From NCBI GenBank assembly GCA_964016885.1, contig OZ024744.1, positions 86,118,001 to 86,182,000 of the forward strand: DNA of 64,000 bases, given 5' to 3'. The notes under the pieces are model-generated. The model made no database searches. It had not been told where the DNA came from and saw nothing but the letters and a program-made list of their open reading frames with translations. Numbering within the stretch: position 1 is the first letter of the stretch; each line of letters opens with the position of its first letter. The position numbers and the translations under genes were made by a program. Positions 1 through 13,154 of the stretch are shown here, in pieces. This stretch comes from Eledone cirrhosa (Eukaryota).

Positions 1-111
1 GAAACAGCCGGAGCTCAGCCATTGGGGTCCTGACTCTTTTCCTCACTGCCCTAAGTATTGAGTACTCTGGTGCGTTATAGTCCATCTGGTATCTTACCAT
101 GCCCTCTTTGT

Positions 112-143
<32 letters not shown>

Positions 144-147
144 TTTA

Positions 148-352
148 TTTTTATTTTATAGAAGGAACTTCTACAGGACTAGTACTGTTTCATTCAGATG
201 AAATCTTCAGGAAGCTTCCTGAAGATTTCATCTGAATGAAACAGTACTAGTCCTGTAGAAGTTCCTTCTATAAAATAAAAAAAATTTTGCTCTGCCATGT
301 ATTGAGTACCTTACTTACTGTGGTTATCCCCGACTCAACCCGGGACCTACGT
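148..352 (+). mobile_element. Family A Penelope-pLTR-like remnant: palindrome (axis 214/215) with an HHR-like motif at 213-263
   Basis: AGCTTC-CTGAAGA-T-TTC-ATCT-GAA-T-GAAA-CAG-TACTAGTC-CTG-TA^GAAGTT. The tail GTATTGAGTACCTTAC...CCCGGGACCTACG runs into (TA)n. Other copies at 9160-9300, 42380-42510, 45556-45745 and 50766-51014. Confidence 0.7.
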
Positions 353-447
353 ATATATATATATATATATATATAGTGGCAGATTGAAGAATAACATGGT
401 CGATATATATTTGTATATACATATATATATACACATATATATCTTTA

Positions 448-662
448 ACGATCGACTTTCGTCAAATCGGACCGAGGGAACAATGTTTCCGTTGGTCTTT
501 CCAATTGCTAATACTATCTATCGGTCGCAACTCCAGGTAGAAGGAGCAACGTGAAATAAAGTGTCTTGCTCAGGGACATAACGCATCGCCTGGTCCAGGA
601 ATCGAACTCACAACCTTACGATTGCGAATCCAATTCTCTAACCACTCAGCCACACGCCTTCA
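448..662 (-). mobile_element. tRNA-derived CORE-type SINE family 2
   Basis: Head GAAGGCGTGTGGCTGAGTGGTTAG...GAGTTCGATTCC and CORE-like GTCCCTGAGCAAGACACTT. A close copy lies at 36338-36543. Confidence 0.8.
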
Positions 663-886
663 CATATATATATACATATATATACATATATATAAATATA
701 TACAAATTGCGAGATAAGCTTTAAAAGCTGATACTTATTTCACTTATTTCTGACACAGGCAGCAAGCCACCAGACAATGTCGGTGTTAATGTATGGTGGA
801 TTAAATCAACCCCGGTATGTATATATGTGTATATATATTTCAACCAGTGTGGGACATTTAAAAAAAATAAAAACCTAATTTTCTTA

Positions 887-900
887 TATATGTATGTATG

Positions 901-934
<34 letters not shown>

Positions 935-1054
935 TGTATATATGTATATATATATATATATATATATGCATACATATATATATACACATATATATATGTG
1001 TATATATATACATATATATATATATGTATATATATATGTATATATAGATATATG

Positions 1055-1105
<51 letters not shown>

Positions 1106-1264
1106 GTATATATATATGTATGTATATATATATATACATATATATATATATACATATATATATATGTATATATATATATGTATATATATGTATATATACA
1201 TATATATATATATACATATATATATATATGTATATATATATGTATATATATGTATACATATATA

Positions 1265-1316
<52 letters not shown>

Positions 1317-1325
1317 TATATACAC

Positions 1326-1357
<32 letters not shown>

Positions 1358-1407
1358 GTATATATATACATATATATATGTATATATATATGTATGTATA
1401 TATATAC

Positions 1408-1438
<31 letters not shown>

Positions 1439-1557
1439 CATATATATGTATATATATACATATATATATATATATGTATATATATACATATATATATGTA
1501 TATGTATATTTATATATGTGTATATATATATGTATATATCTATATATATATCTATAC

Positions 1558-1646
<89 letters not shown>

Positions 1647-1665
1647 TATATGTATATATATATAT

Positions 1666-1738
<73 letters not shown>

Positions 1739-1890
1739 TATATGTATATATATATATGTATGTATATATATATGTATATATATATATACACATATGTATA
1801 TATATATATATATATACATATATATAATACATACATATATATAAATATATATATACATATATATATACATATATATATATATACATATAT
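887..1890. repeat. ~1-kb degenerate (TA)n microsatellite, representative of dozens of TA/CA/GA/TACA/GATA tracts
   Basis: Direct reading. These tracts are the source of the YI/IY-repeat ORFs. Confidence 0.97.
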
Positions 1891-3388
1891 AAGAAAATTA
1901 CGTTTTTATTTTTTTTAAATGTCCCACACTGGTTGAAATATAAGGAAACGAAATTGAAACTGGAGTCTTCTAAGAATATCTATTTATTTTAACGGTTTCA
2001 CAGTTCTCATGATTTTCAAAAGTAAAATAGAGATGGAAGGTTTGTGTTTCTGTTGTGTTTTGTCTCATATATATATATATTAATGGTAGAAACGGTTGAT
2101 AACAGTTATTTGCATTATTGAATTTTGTTAAGAAGCCTAACAAAAGTTTAAGATAGGCCAAGAAGCTAAATATCGTACGAGGCTACCAGAAATATTACAC
2201 GGGCGAATTCAAATATTTTTCCTTAATTATGCAAATTTATTAAGTGTATTCACGAAGTCAGCCTTTCATATATAAATATATAGAGTTGGGCGCCATGCTT
2301 TGACGCACAGAGTTGCAGCCCTTGCCAATCTGAGTTGAAATCCCGCCAAGTTTAACTTTGCCTTTCATCCTTACGGGTTTGATAAAATAAAATACCAGTA
2401 ATGTACTGGTTAATTGCTGGCCTTGTGACAAACGTAGAAACAATTATTAAAAATTATACATTAATAAATACGCAGAAAAGTGGGTGGGCAGAAAAGTTCA
2501 TTGGTCCACTACGAAGGAATGACGCTAGAGCTATGAAATCCTGCATGCATTAATCTCAGCTCTTTTTATTAATAATTGCATTTTTTTTGTCCAGGGATTG
2601 TGGTGAAAAATAAATCTAATTTTTTCATTCCATGAGAGTATCTTGGTCACCCTAAGAAGCTTTCAACCTATAACGATTCAGTCGACCCTCGTATACATTA
2701 ATAAACTTAATTAATATGGAAAGGCATAAGGCGATTTATGTTGTTTTTTTCCTTCTGGATCGATAACTTTCTATCCATTTGTGAGCCCTCAAAATAACCA
2801 AGAAATCACGAATCTCATCGTCCGACATGCTAGAAAATAAACCAGGAAAATAATCTCATATCAGACTTCTCGACCCACCATGAATTAACAGTTTTAGGGA
2901 AGGCAACTTACTAACTGAAAATGGTCCGCTGAGGAGTAATAAGAAGATTGAAATATGAGTGTTGCTTTCATCAGCTGGATCAATTGTTATTGAAAGAGGT
3001 ATCCCTCTTGCTTGCCGTGTTTAGGTTTGAACAAAACTAACGAACATCTCTGTCTCCACTGAGCATTACGCGAAATTATATGTTTCTGGTTTTTAAACTG
3101 CTTTTCAAAGATCGGAACTTCGAAACTCGCTGTAAATTTTGGAGAAGTTTTCATCTTATCCCAAATAGGAAAATTCTATCCAAAATCTTCGAAGTGTTAT
3201 TTCTTCCTTTCCATGTTCGGACAATTCTCTGCGGCAACTATGCAAAGACATACAGACACACAGACAGAGAGACAGAGACAGACACAGAGATAGCGACACA
3301 GAGACAGGCACAGACAAACAGACACACATACACATATTATATATATAAATATATATACATAATTGTCTGTGTGTGTGTGTGAGAGAGA

Positions 3389-3519
<131 letters not shown>

Positions 3520-3539
3520 TCTGTGTATGTGTGTGTGTT

Positions 3540-3673
3540 TACAAGGATCGGCTGAAAAGTACATAGGCTGGCCGAGATACTGTCATGTAATGACCAATGC
3601 AGATATCAAGAAGAGTTGAAATTAATGCATGCAAAATTTCATAGTCAGTCTACGAACTTTTCAGCCAACCCTG
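3540..3673. mobile_element. Tc1/mariner-type MITE
   Basis: Imperfect TIRs AGGATCGGCTGAAAAGTACATAGGCTG / CAGTCTACGAACTTTTCAGCCAACCCT. A decayed relative lies at 2482-2693. Confidence 0.65.
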
Positions 3674-3733
3674 CTATATATATATATATATACGCACACA
3701 CACAACCATAAATGCACACACACACACAAACAA

Positions 3734-3771
<38 letters not shown>

Positions 3772-3957
3772 ATAACCCGCACATACAGATAAATATATAT
3801 GTATACATGCTTGTATTTACAGACAAACTTGTATATCTTCTTTATATCTATCGAACTAGCTATCTATCTACCTCTTCTCGCTATATCTCTATATTTTTGT
3901 TCTATCTGTCTCTCTCTCCCTCTTCACACACACACACACACATACACACACACATAT

Positions 3958-4003
<46 letters not shown>

Positions 4004-4049
4004 ATATATATATATTTATTTATAAATATAGTTTCCATTTATTTAATAT

Positions 4050-4137
<88 letters not shown>

Positions 4138-4253
4138 GGATGTATTTACATACATCCACACATATGTACATATGTACATCTCCACCCACATGTGGACGCA
4201 CACACACACTCTCTCTCACACATATACACACACACACACGCACACACACACAC

Positions 4254-4313
<60 letters not shown>

Positions 4314-5138
4314 ACACACACTCACACACACACACACACATATATATATATGTATATGATATGTATGGATGCACACAAAGCAAATATGGACGCGAGCATC
4401 GTGTCACGACTTACGTAGACCTTTTCTTGTGCACGTGTCGCAGTGTGTACTCTCCAACAAATATGCTATTTTATATTTATACATATGTACATTCGTTGCA
4501 ATATCTGCCAGACATCGGTTCGAATATGTACACGCATGCATATACTGATTTTGAAAAATTTACGAGAAAATTGATTGGCAGTTTGGGTAAGTGATGGCTG
4601 CACGAATGATAGTGGAGTGGCGTGGCGGTGGCGGTGTTGGTTGATCTTGTATTACTTTATATGTGGGTGAACACGGGAGCGTATGTTACATGTAGGGAAA
4701 TGGGAAAGGGAGATAAATGATGGAGGATGTGCATGACGTGTATGATGTGTATGCAAGGAGTGACCAAGTTTGAGGTCGAAGACTTTACTGTTGTTTACAT
4801 TTGAACGAGACAGGTAGTAGCGTTTCCTATTTAAGAAAAGATCAATGGATTCGTTTTGTTAGAGTCGGTCCCAGATTTAGTTATATTTGACATTGATGAT
4901 GTGCAAGGCAGGTCGATGAAAACCCTAATCATTGGTATGCATAAATACCAGGTGATACCAGTATGAATTTAACCTATCCGTTCTATGTCATCCCACCCTT
5001 TGATCCGCTGTTCATATTTTATCTTCCAGATCAAATCTACAGGAAATTCTTGCGATCAATTATATTTTAGGGCCAAGGGTTTTATTATATATATTGCCTC
5101 TTCTCTTCCACGTTGTTTTTTTTGTTTACTGTTTCAAC

Positions 5139-5236
<98 letters not shown>

Positions 5237-5594
5237 TTTAGTACAGCATAGACGAAGCTCTAGTATACGGCCAAGCTAGGGTGTATGCTTATTCGGTTTG
5301 TAGCTTTAGCACTCAGATGAGGTAAGACCCCAGAGTATAACATTATGTTCAGACAGCTTAGCAAATTAGATATAGCAGTCGGCAGTCCGATCGCATCACT
5401 AGAGCAACGAAAATACAGGACACAGGTAAAGATTTATATATATATATATATATATATGTAGAAGTTATATTCTTCGACATATATATATATATATGTAGAA
5501 GTTATATATATATATATATATACGTTATGAAGAGAGAAGAAACATTTAGATATAATTAGTAATAAAATGTATCATACCTAAACTGCTCCTAAAT

Positions 5595-5684
5595 TCCTCG
5601 ACTACGTAGTTTCGTGGCATAAACAAAAACAATATATCATAAAGACATAGAGTCCCTGCGAGGTCTGCCGACTTATCAAGAGGA
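5595..5684 (-). ncRNA. Type I hammerhead ribozyme, U3-A8 core variant (array copy 1)
   Basis: Minus strand: TCCTC-TTGATAA-GT(C)GGCA...TGCCAC-GAAA-C-TACGTA-G-TC^GAGGA. 5-bp stem I, palindromic stem III (ACTACGTAGT), GUC cleavage triplet. Confidence 0.78.
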
Positions 5685-6189
5685 TACCTCATTTTACTAG
5701 TCTCAAGAACGCGTCTACACGACGTGAGAAAGAATCCCAAAAGGCGGAGGGGGAGATAGTCACGCGATATAACGGTCGAGAAACAGAGCTAAGCCTCTTA
5801 TAACCACGAAGAAAATACCACGGAGGCGGAGGGGGTATTCATATCGAGGCCGCAGAAGAGGTGGTGAAGAAGACTAGAAGTATGAGTAATGGAAGCTTTC
5901 CAGTTGTCCCCACACTTCAAAGATTGCTCGACCAGAGGGAGTTATTAACAATATATTTAGAAACACACAGATATATGCGGACACACACATATATACATGA
6001 ATGCATCCGCACCCAACTGTGAGTTAAGGGTGCCAACTTCACCGATGTTGCTCAATGAATGACCGGGACAGACCAATTCAGTTGAACCAGACTGAACCAG
6101 TATCAGAGTTAAAAATACATTATGAAGAGAGAAGAAACATTTAGATATAATTAGTAATAAAATGTATCATACCTAAACTGCTCCTAAAT

Positions 6190-6279
6190 TCCTCGACTAC
6201 GTAGTTTCGTGGCATAAACAAAAACAATATATCATAAAGACATAGAGTCCCTGCGAGGTCTGCCGACTTATCAAGAGGA
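6190..6279 (-). ncRNA. Type I hammerhead ribozyme (array copy 2)
   Basis: Same sequence as 5595-5684. Confidence 0.78.
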
Positions 6280-6782
6280 TACCTCATTTTACTAGTCTCA
6301 AGAACGCGTCTACACGACGTGAGAAAGAATCCCAAAAGGCGGAGGGGGAGATAGTCACGCGATATAACGGTCGAGAAACAGAGCTAAGCCTCTTATAACC
6401 ACGAAGAAAATACCACGGAGGCGGAGGGGGTATTCATATCGAGGCCGCAGAAGAGGTGGTGAAGAAGACTAGAAGTATGAGTAATGGAAGCTTTCCAGTT
6501 GTCCCCACACTTCAAAGATTGCTCGACCAGAGGGAGTTATTAACAATATATTTAGAAACACACAGATATATGCGGACACACATATATACATGAATGCATC
6601 CGCACCCAACTGTGAGTTAAGGGTGCCAACTTCACCGATGTTGCTCAATGAATGACCGGGACAGACCAATTCAGTTGAACCAGACTGAACCAGTATCAGA
6701 GTTAAAAATACATTATGAAGAGAGAAGAAACATTTAGATATAATTAGTAATAAAATGTATCATACCTAAACTGCTCCTAAAT

Positions 6783-6872
6783 TCCTCGACTACGTAGTTT
6801 CGTGGCATAAACAAAAACAATATATCATAAAGACATAGAGTCCCTGCGAGGTCTGCCGACTTATCAAGAGGA
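6783..6872 (-). ncRNA. Type I hammerhead ribozyme (array copy 3)
   Basis: Same sequence as 5595-5684. Confidence 0.78.
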
Positions 6873-7121
6873 TACCTCATTTTACTAGTCTCAAGAACGC
6901 GTCTACACGACGTGAGAAAGAATCCCAAAAGGCGGAGGGGGAGATAGTCACGCGATATAACGGTCGAGAAACAGAGCTAAGCCTCTTATAACCACGAAGA
7001 AAATACCACGGAGGCGGATATATATATAACGAAGGAAATGTGGTAAGGAACCAGGTGGACCATAACGTCCAGAATTAGCCGTCGAAACGGCTTGAGCTCA
7101 GCCGTCGGGGTCTTACTTGTT

Positions 7122-7154
<33 letters not shown>

Positions 7155-7156
<2 letters not shown>

Positions 7157-7660
7157 AGAAGTTCTATTTAAATTGTTGGGATACAACAAGCAAATATTTT
7201 TATAACTGATATAAAGCACTCAACAAATTATTGGAGTAAAAATACGATATATTAACAAATGGAAACTATATTTATAAAACCATATTATTTCATTATACAT
7301 ATTTCAAGGACACCCAGTCAAATTATGGTGTCCTTGAAATATGATTAATGAAATAAATATTGTTTTATAAATATTTCATCAGACAAAATATAATATAGAT
7401 CAGTTTTATATCTACTGTGATTTAAACATATCCGACACTAATTTGCATAATAGACTAAATAAATTTAATAACCCCACTATCCGGGAGCTTCCAACAGAAA
7501 TGGTCGCATTCTTTAAGGGTATGTCAATATTTATTTATAAAACTGATCTATATTATATTTTGTCTGATGAAAGCGCACCATAATTTGACTTGGTGTCCTT
7601 GAAATATGTATACTGAAATAAATATGGTTTTATAAATATAGTTTCCATTTGTTAATATAT
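7155..7660. mobile_element. Family E foldback copy with a nested inversion
   Basis: Long inverted arms plus an internal palindrome CATATTTCAAGGACACC...GGTGTCCTTGAAATATG at about 7298-7343. Confidence 0.7.
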
Positions 7661-7711
7661 CGTATATATATATATATATGTGTGTGTATGTATATATATA
7701 CATATATATAC

Positions 7712-7753
<42 letters not shown>

Positions 7754-8360
7754 TTATGCATATATATATATATCTTTATACACACACACACAGATATATA
7801 CACATATATATATAATTTATTTATTTTTTATGCATATATATATATATCTTTATACACACACACACATATATATACACATATATATATAATTTATTTATTT
7901 ATTTATTATCTTTTGGTTTATTTTCTGTTAGTCTGTTTGCATCTTTCTCTGGTGATCTTATGAAAATACGTTTATGGATTATCGCGATGTTGTTTAAATA
8001 TATGTAAATCTCTGTTGGAGAGTTTTCGGAGTATCTGTCTTTTGAATATTTCTTTCCAAGTCACACAAACATTTTTTTTTATTTTATTTATTTATTTTTT
8101 TATTTAGACACTATTCCTGAGTTTCCCATCTGTAATGATACTACCATTTATTTAGGCTCACTTGAATCCTTTACACTACTCTTCGATATTTTTGGAAATG
8201 ATATCTATACTTCCGATAGATCTCATACCCGTTTTTAAATACACAGATATAACATCTATGTTTACGTTTGATAATTTAATATTATATACATGATACCTGA
8301 ATGAAGGACATGTTGGTCAGAGCGACCTCGAGAAAAGAAACATCTACTAATCTAAGCTAT

Positions 8361-8582
8361 AATGGTTTCTTATATAGGAACAAGGCCAGCAATTTGAAGG
8401 GAAGGGGAAGATCGATTATATCAACACCAGTATATTACTGGTGCTTTATTTTATCGACCCCGTAAGTATGAAAGGTAAAGTTAACCTGGGCGGGATTTGA
8501 ACTCAGATCATAAAGGGCCGTAACTCTATGCTGCAAAGAATGGCATCCGACCCTCTACCGATACTGCCAATTCACCGCCGTC
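8361..8582 (-). mobile_element. SINE family 1 long variant with a target-site duplication
   Basis: Flanked by ACTAATCTA(A/T)GCTATAAT at about 8346 and about 8584. Confidence 0.85.
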
Positions 8583-8672
8583 ACTAATCTATGCTATAAT
8601 AAGAACATTGTCTGTCCGTCCGTCCGTCAGTCTGTCACGCTCACTTTATATAGAGAGGGTGGGTGGGTGGAG

Positions 8673-8896
8673 TGCCAAGCTAGCGATATGTACATAGATA
8701 GAGACAAATAGTAAAGAGAACGTCGTGTGTTTTCAAGGTTACAAAAAGTAGTAGATAGACAGAAAGTTACGATGTCGCCCTCATCTCTATATAGAGCAAG
8801 AGGAGGAGCGCCAAGCGGTTGATATGTACATAGACAGAGAGAGAAAAGAGAACGCCGTGTGTTTCCGAGGTGACAAAAAGAGGTAGATAGACAGAA
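8673..8896 (+). repeat. Diverged direct duplication (period about 137 bp)
   Basis: GCCAAGC...GATATGTACATAGA...AAAGAGAACG.CGTGTGTTT...GTAGATAGACAGAA occurs twice. Confidence 0.7.
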
Positions 8897-9311
8897 TTTT
8901 TTTTATCGCATCACCAGTCTGATCCATAAATTCTAAGGGTAACCCTGAGCCAATCTGATGCGAAACACGCGTAACACAATGAAAATTTAAATGCATGAAA
9001 ACGAAACTGCATCGTTTTTTTAAAAATATATACACTCTGCCTGTGCATAGAGTGCTTGTTATGGTACTACTACCAGTAATTCACTGAATCACCTACACTA
9101 CCTATATATATGTGTATGTGTTTGTGTGTGTGTGGCTGGGGTGGGGGGTGGGGGCAGAGAGTCCCGGGTTCAATCGGGGGGTAATGACAGTAAATAAGGT
9201 TCTCAATAAAATAGAGTTTAAACAACAAATTTAATATAGATGTGGCTTCTACAGGATGAGAAACAGTTCCAGTCCTGTAGACGCCATTTCTATATTAAAT
9301 TTGTTATATAT

Positions 9312-9378
<67 letters not shown>

Positions 9379-9697
9379 TGTTTCTTTTATTTGCCACCAG
9401 GGCATCAAAAGTGGGACAAGTACAATGGGGGGAGTTTACAAAACAAGGCGTCCTCAATAGGGAGGAGGCAATAACAATATATAAAAATAAAATAAAATAT
9501 AACAAAAAATAGAATTATAACAAAATCCTCAATAGAGGATTCTGTTATAAAATATAACAAAAAATAAAATTCATAACAAAATCCTCAATAGAGAGGAGGC
9601 GCCTTGGGGGGTCGCACACACCCCCGAAAAAAGTGTGCAACCCTTTTCCTCAGGAGCACATAGAGAGGGTGCTCCCTCGTTCCTTCCTCTTTTCCAC

Positions 9698-12600
9698 CTA
9701 CAGGTTTATGTAAAGAGAAGGCCCATTCACACGGGCCATTCTCGCCACTTTCACCCACCTTTCATAAAAACGACTGGGGTGGAGCACCTCTCTCTCCATC
9801 CTGATCCTTCTTCCGAAATGATATCGGAAGAAACGGACCAGTTGTTGGCCAGAGAGAAAGGTGCCTGACCTCAGTCCTTTCAGACGCGTCCACCATACAA
9901 CTTCTTTCACCATGGCTATTACGCACAGAAACACCGCCTCTCCTTCATCTTTGAAGGGGGGAGGCGGCTTGATTATTACAATAGACTCGGTGGTCAACCG
10001 GATCGGTCCCACCCTTGACAGCAGTTGTTCGACATAGCCCCACAGATCGGCTACGCCCGAGCAGTGTACCAATGCGTGTGCAACGGTTTCCTCGTCGCAC
10101 ACGCATCTGGGACAGATCTTCTTGGCGGGGTCCCTACCCGGGCGCCCGTGTCTGTAGAGCTTTTCTTGAACGGGTAGCGCCCCTCGGTAGCACTGCCAGG
10201 CCAGGGACCTCTGGAAGTTGTCCATAGGTCCTGGGCTGAATGTCCTACCGAACAGGCTGGCCAGTTCGTCCTCCTCCATGTCTAGGGCTTCTCCGAGAGC
10301 GTCGTCGCACCTGCTGCGTACCAGCCCTCTATAGAATGTTGCGGTGGAGTCTCCACTGATAACCGGATCCGCCTGCCAGAGGGCGGTGAGCGCCTGGGCA
10401 CACTCAGTGTGCCAGGCGCCCAGTTTTCTCGGTCTTTGCTTGACCCAGGATTGCAGCTCGGTGAGTGAGACGAGTCTGGGAAAGGTTCGTCTCACAAACG
10501 AGGCCCACACCGGTTGACCGGTGAGGAATACGTAGAGGTGCCGTAGCCTTAATGCGTGTTTACGCATCATTAGCCACGGCATCCCCAGCCCTCCTTTCGA
10601 AGGGTGTTGACAGCAGATGGATCTCCTCACCATAGGAGCCCGCCTCTTCCAAAGGAATTGGAAGAGCGCGCGCTCCATCTTGGTGAGGGTTTCCCTTGGG
10701 CAGGGCACTACGGTCAGGCGGTAGTAGATGACGGACGCTATATAGGTGTTCGCCACCTCCGCCCGACCTTTCAGGGATAGTTTGCAACTGGCCCACTTCT
10801 GGGTCAGTGCAAACACCCTGTTCGTAACCTCCGCCCAGTTTTTCTCCACCTGGAGGTCCGGTCCGAACCAGACCCGAGCAACTTCACCGGGCCCTCCGTC
10901 CAGCGTCCGACGACGCCATCGGAGGGCATCGGTCTGCCCCTCCACGTGCCGAGTTGCAAACCGATCGACTTGTCCCGGTTCAGCTTAGCCCCTGTGAACC
11001 TTTCGTACTCCTCCAGTAAGGTGCCGAGCGCCTCGATTTCGGAGGCCGTCGACACCATTACTGTCACGTCATCGGCGTAGGCCGACACCGCTTTCCGCAA
11101 TCCCGGTTCCAAAGGGATGCCCTGCAACAACTCCAACTTCCGCAGTAGTGGCTCGAGAGTCAACACATACAGAAGGGAGGAGAGAGGGCACCCTTGTCGG
11201 ATGGACCGCGCGATTTTGAACGGCTCCGAGAGGTAGCCGTTCACCTTGACCCTAGAGCAGATGCGGCTGCTGTGCATAGCAGTGATCCAGCCCCTGAAAA
11301 CGGGTCCGAAGCCTGCCGCCGCTAGCACCGCATCCAGGTAACCATGGTCGACCCTATCGAACGCCTTAGATTGATCCAAGTTGATCAGAGCCCCACCAAA
11401 GCCGGGTTCGTTCCCAACCCTCTCTATGATGTATCGCATGAGGTGGAGGTTGTCATGGATGGACCTGGACGGGATAGCGCATGTCTGCGCATCTCCCACC
11501 AGGTTGCCCACGACAAGCGCCAACCTCTTTGCTAGCACCTTGGCCAAAATCTGTAACTCTGTATTTAGCAGAGTTATGGGCCTGAAGTTACTTATTTCGT
11601 CCCCCTTGTTCTCGTCCTTCCTCACTAGCGTGACTACGCCCTTGGTCATAGTACAGGGAATTCTCCCGTTCTGTCGCCAGTTGCAGTAGACCGCCTCGAG
11701 GAGATCGGGGAACAAGTCCGGCATAGCTAGATATAATTCGTAAGGAAGACCATCGAGACCCGGGGATTTGCGTTTGCCGCATTGGCCCAGCACTTCCTCT
11801 ATCTCAGCGGCCGAAATCGGCTCCTCGCAGGACTTCGCCTCCCTGTCCGAGAGACGCGGCAGGCCGTCGAGGTATGGACCGAAGTTCACATTCCCAACCG
11901 GCTCCCCGCCCCTCCCGAACAGTCGGGCAAAGTGCCTTTGAAAGGCCTCACACATCTGCTTAGGCTCAAGAATCGCCCGTCCATCCAGGTCTCGCAAAGA
12001 CCGGATAGTGGATTTAGTTCCACTGTTGGCCTCTGTCACGCGGGCCCAGCTAACAGCTTTGGTCCCCTCGTTCCCTAGAGCACGTATTTTACTTCGGACA
12101 ACGCAGCCTTCGTGCTTCGCGTCGAAAAACTGGCTCAAAGCCGTTCTCGACGCTAGCACTCTGGCCACGTCGCCGCTTCTAATTGCCTCTTCTACTCTAT
12201 CTATTAGCTCCCTTTCCTTCCTATTCCTATCCGCAGCTAGAACCTTACTAAATTCTATCGAGACTACTCTAATCTCTCTCTTTAGAGATACCCACCACCT
12301 GCTGTTGACGATCGCTCCAGTCAATCGTTCCTTAACTAACGTACTAATCCGATACCTGTAGGCTCTACTTGCCGGCAAGGACAAGTTGAGATTCCAGTAA
12401 CCGGGGCCCTGTCTATGCGTTCTATCAAGGTTGACCATGCAGGTCACCAACTTGTGGTCTGAATAGCCAACCATGAGCATTTCTGGACAACTTAAAAAGT
12501 CCCTGTCCTTATTTCTAACTAAAAATCTATCTAGGTACGACCTAGATGATCCGCTGCGGTTTGACCAAGACCAGGTTGGCACCGTCGGAAAATCTAGTCG

Positions 12601-13130
12601 AAATCTATCGGCCAGGTCAAATCGGCCGAGTAACCCCTTGAGGCTGTTGCACCCCTCTCTATCGGGACATGCCCCTGCATAGTCCCAACGTGCATCCAGG
12701 ATACCATTCCAATCCCCCACTAAAAGCAGGGAACGGGACGTCCCTAGAAAAGACTCCAGACGATGGAAAAAGTCGGGCCGCTCAGTCCCAAAAGGGGCAT
12801 ATGCGGCTACCAGCCTAAAGGCTCCACCTTCACGCCAAGGTCCAGCACCACCAGTCGACCCCCTGGGTCCAAGTGAACTATCTGTGTTGCAAGGCCCATA
12901 TGTTTTTGCAGCAGAACGACAACCCCACCCCCACCTCCGGGCTGACAGAGAGATGCGTGCATCTCAAAGTCGTCAAAGGTGGGGGCTAGCTGTCGCATGC
13001 TGCTGATCCGGGCCTCGCAGATAACCATCACATTTATAGATTGTGACCTGAGGTCATTTAGAAGCATTGCTTGCTTCCAAGACGAGCCCAGGCCACGCGC
13101 ATTTAGACACCCTACTCTTAGCACAGCCAT
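9698..13130 (-). pseudogene. Tx1-type ORF2: APE endonuclease + reverse transcriptase + C-terminal zinc finger, split by two frameshifts (about 12835 and about 10878)
   Basis: APE motifs MAVLRVGCLNARGL, GDWN, SYLDRF, SDH. RT motifs PGLDG, FRPITLLN, DQSKAFDRV, RQGCPLS, YADD. C-terminal CPRCVCDEETVAHALVHC. Spread over track ORFs 12807-13154, 10804-12720 and 9698-10945. Confidence 0.93.
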
Positions 13131-13154
13131 GTTTGTGGTATGGAGAAAAGGCAC

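Larger units (their letters stand above)
5525..7018 (-). repeat. Head-to-tail array of about 2.5 units of 595/593 bp, each carrying a hammerhead ribozyme (retrozyme-like, or tandem Penelope pseudo-LTRs)
   Basis: Unit starts (TTATGAAGAGAG) at 5525, 6120 and 6713. Units look identical except for one CA dinucleotide. (TA)n on both sides. Confidence 0.9.

Noticed and set aside
580-662. tRNA gene (here and at other A/B-box sites)
   Set aside because: The tRNA-like heads run into SINE bodies and lack a proper acceptor stem.
721-1918. Long YI/IY-rich ORFs (also CV, HT, RE and LS repeats throughout the window)
   Set aside because: They are stop-free translations of dinucleotide microsatellites in several frames and on both strands.
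5050-5130. Possible PLE endonuclease tail (REEAIYIIKPLALKYN*, minus strand)
   Set aside because: Too short and degenerate, and no associated ribozyme was found.
5546-5740. 64-aa ORF repeated three times
   Set aside because: Non-ATG start, no recognisable motif, and it overlaps the hammerhead. It recurs only because of the tandem repeat.
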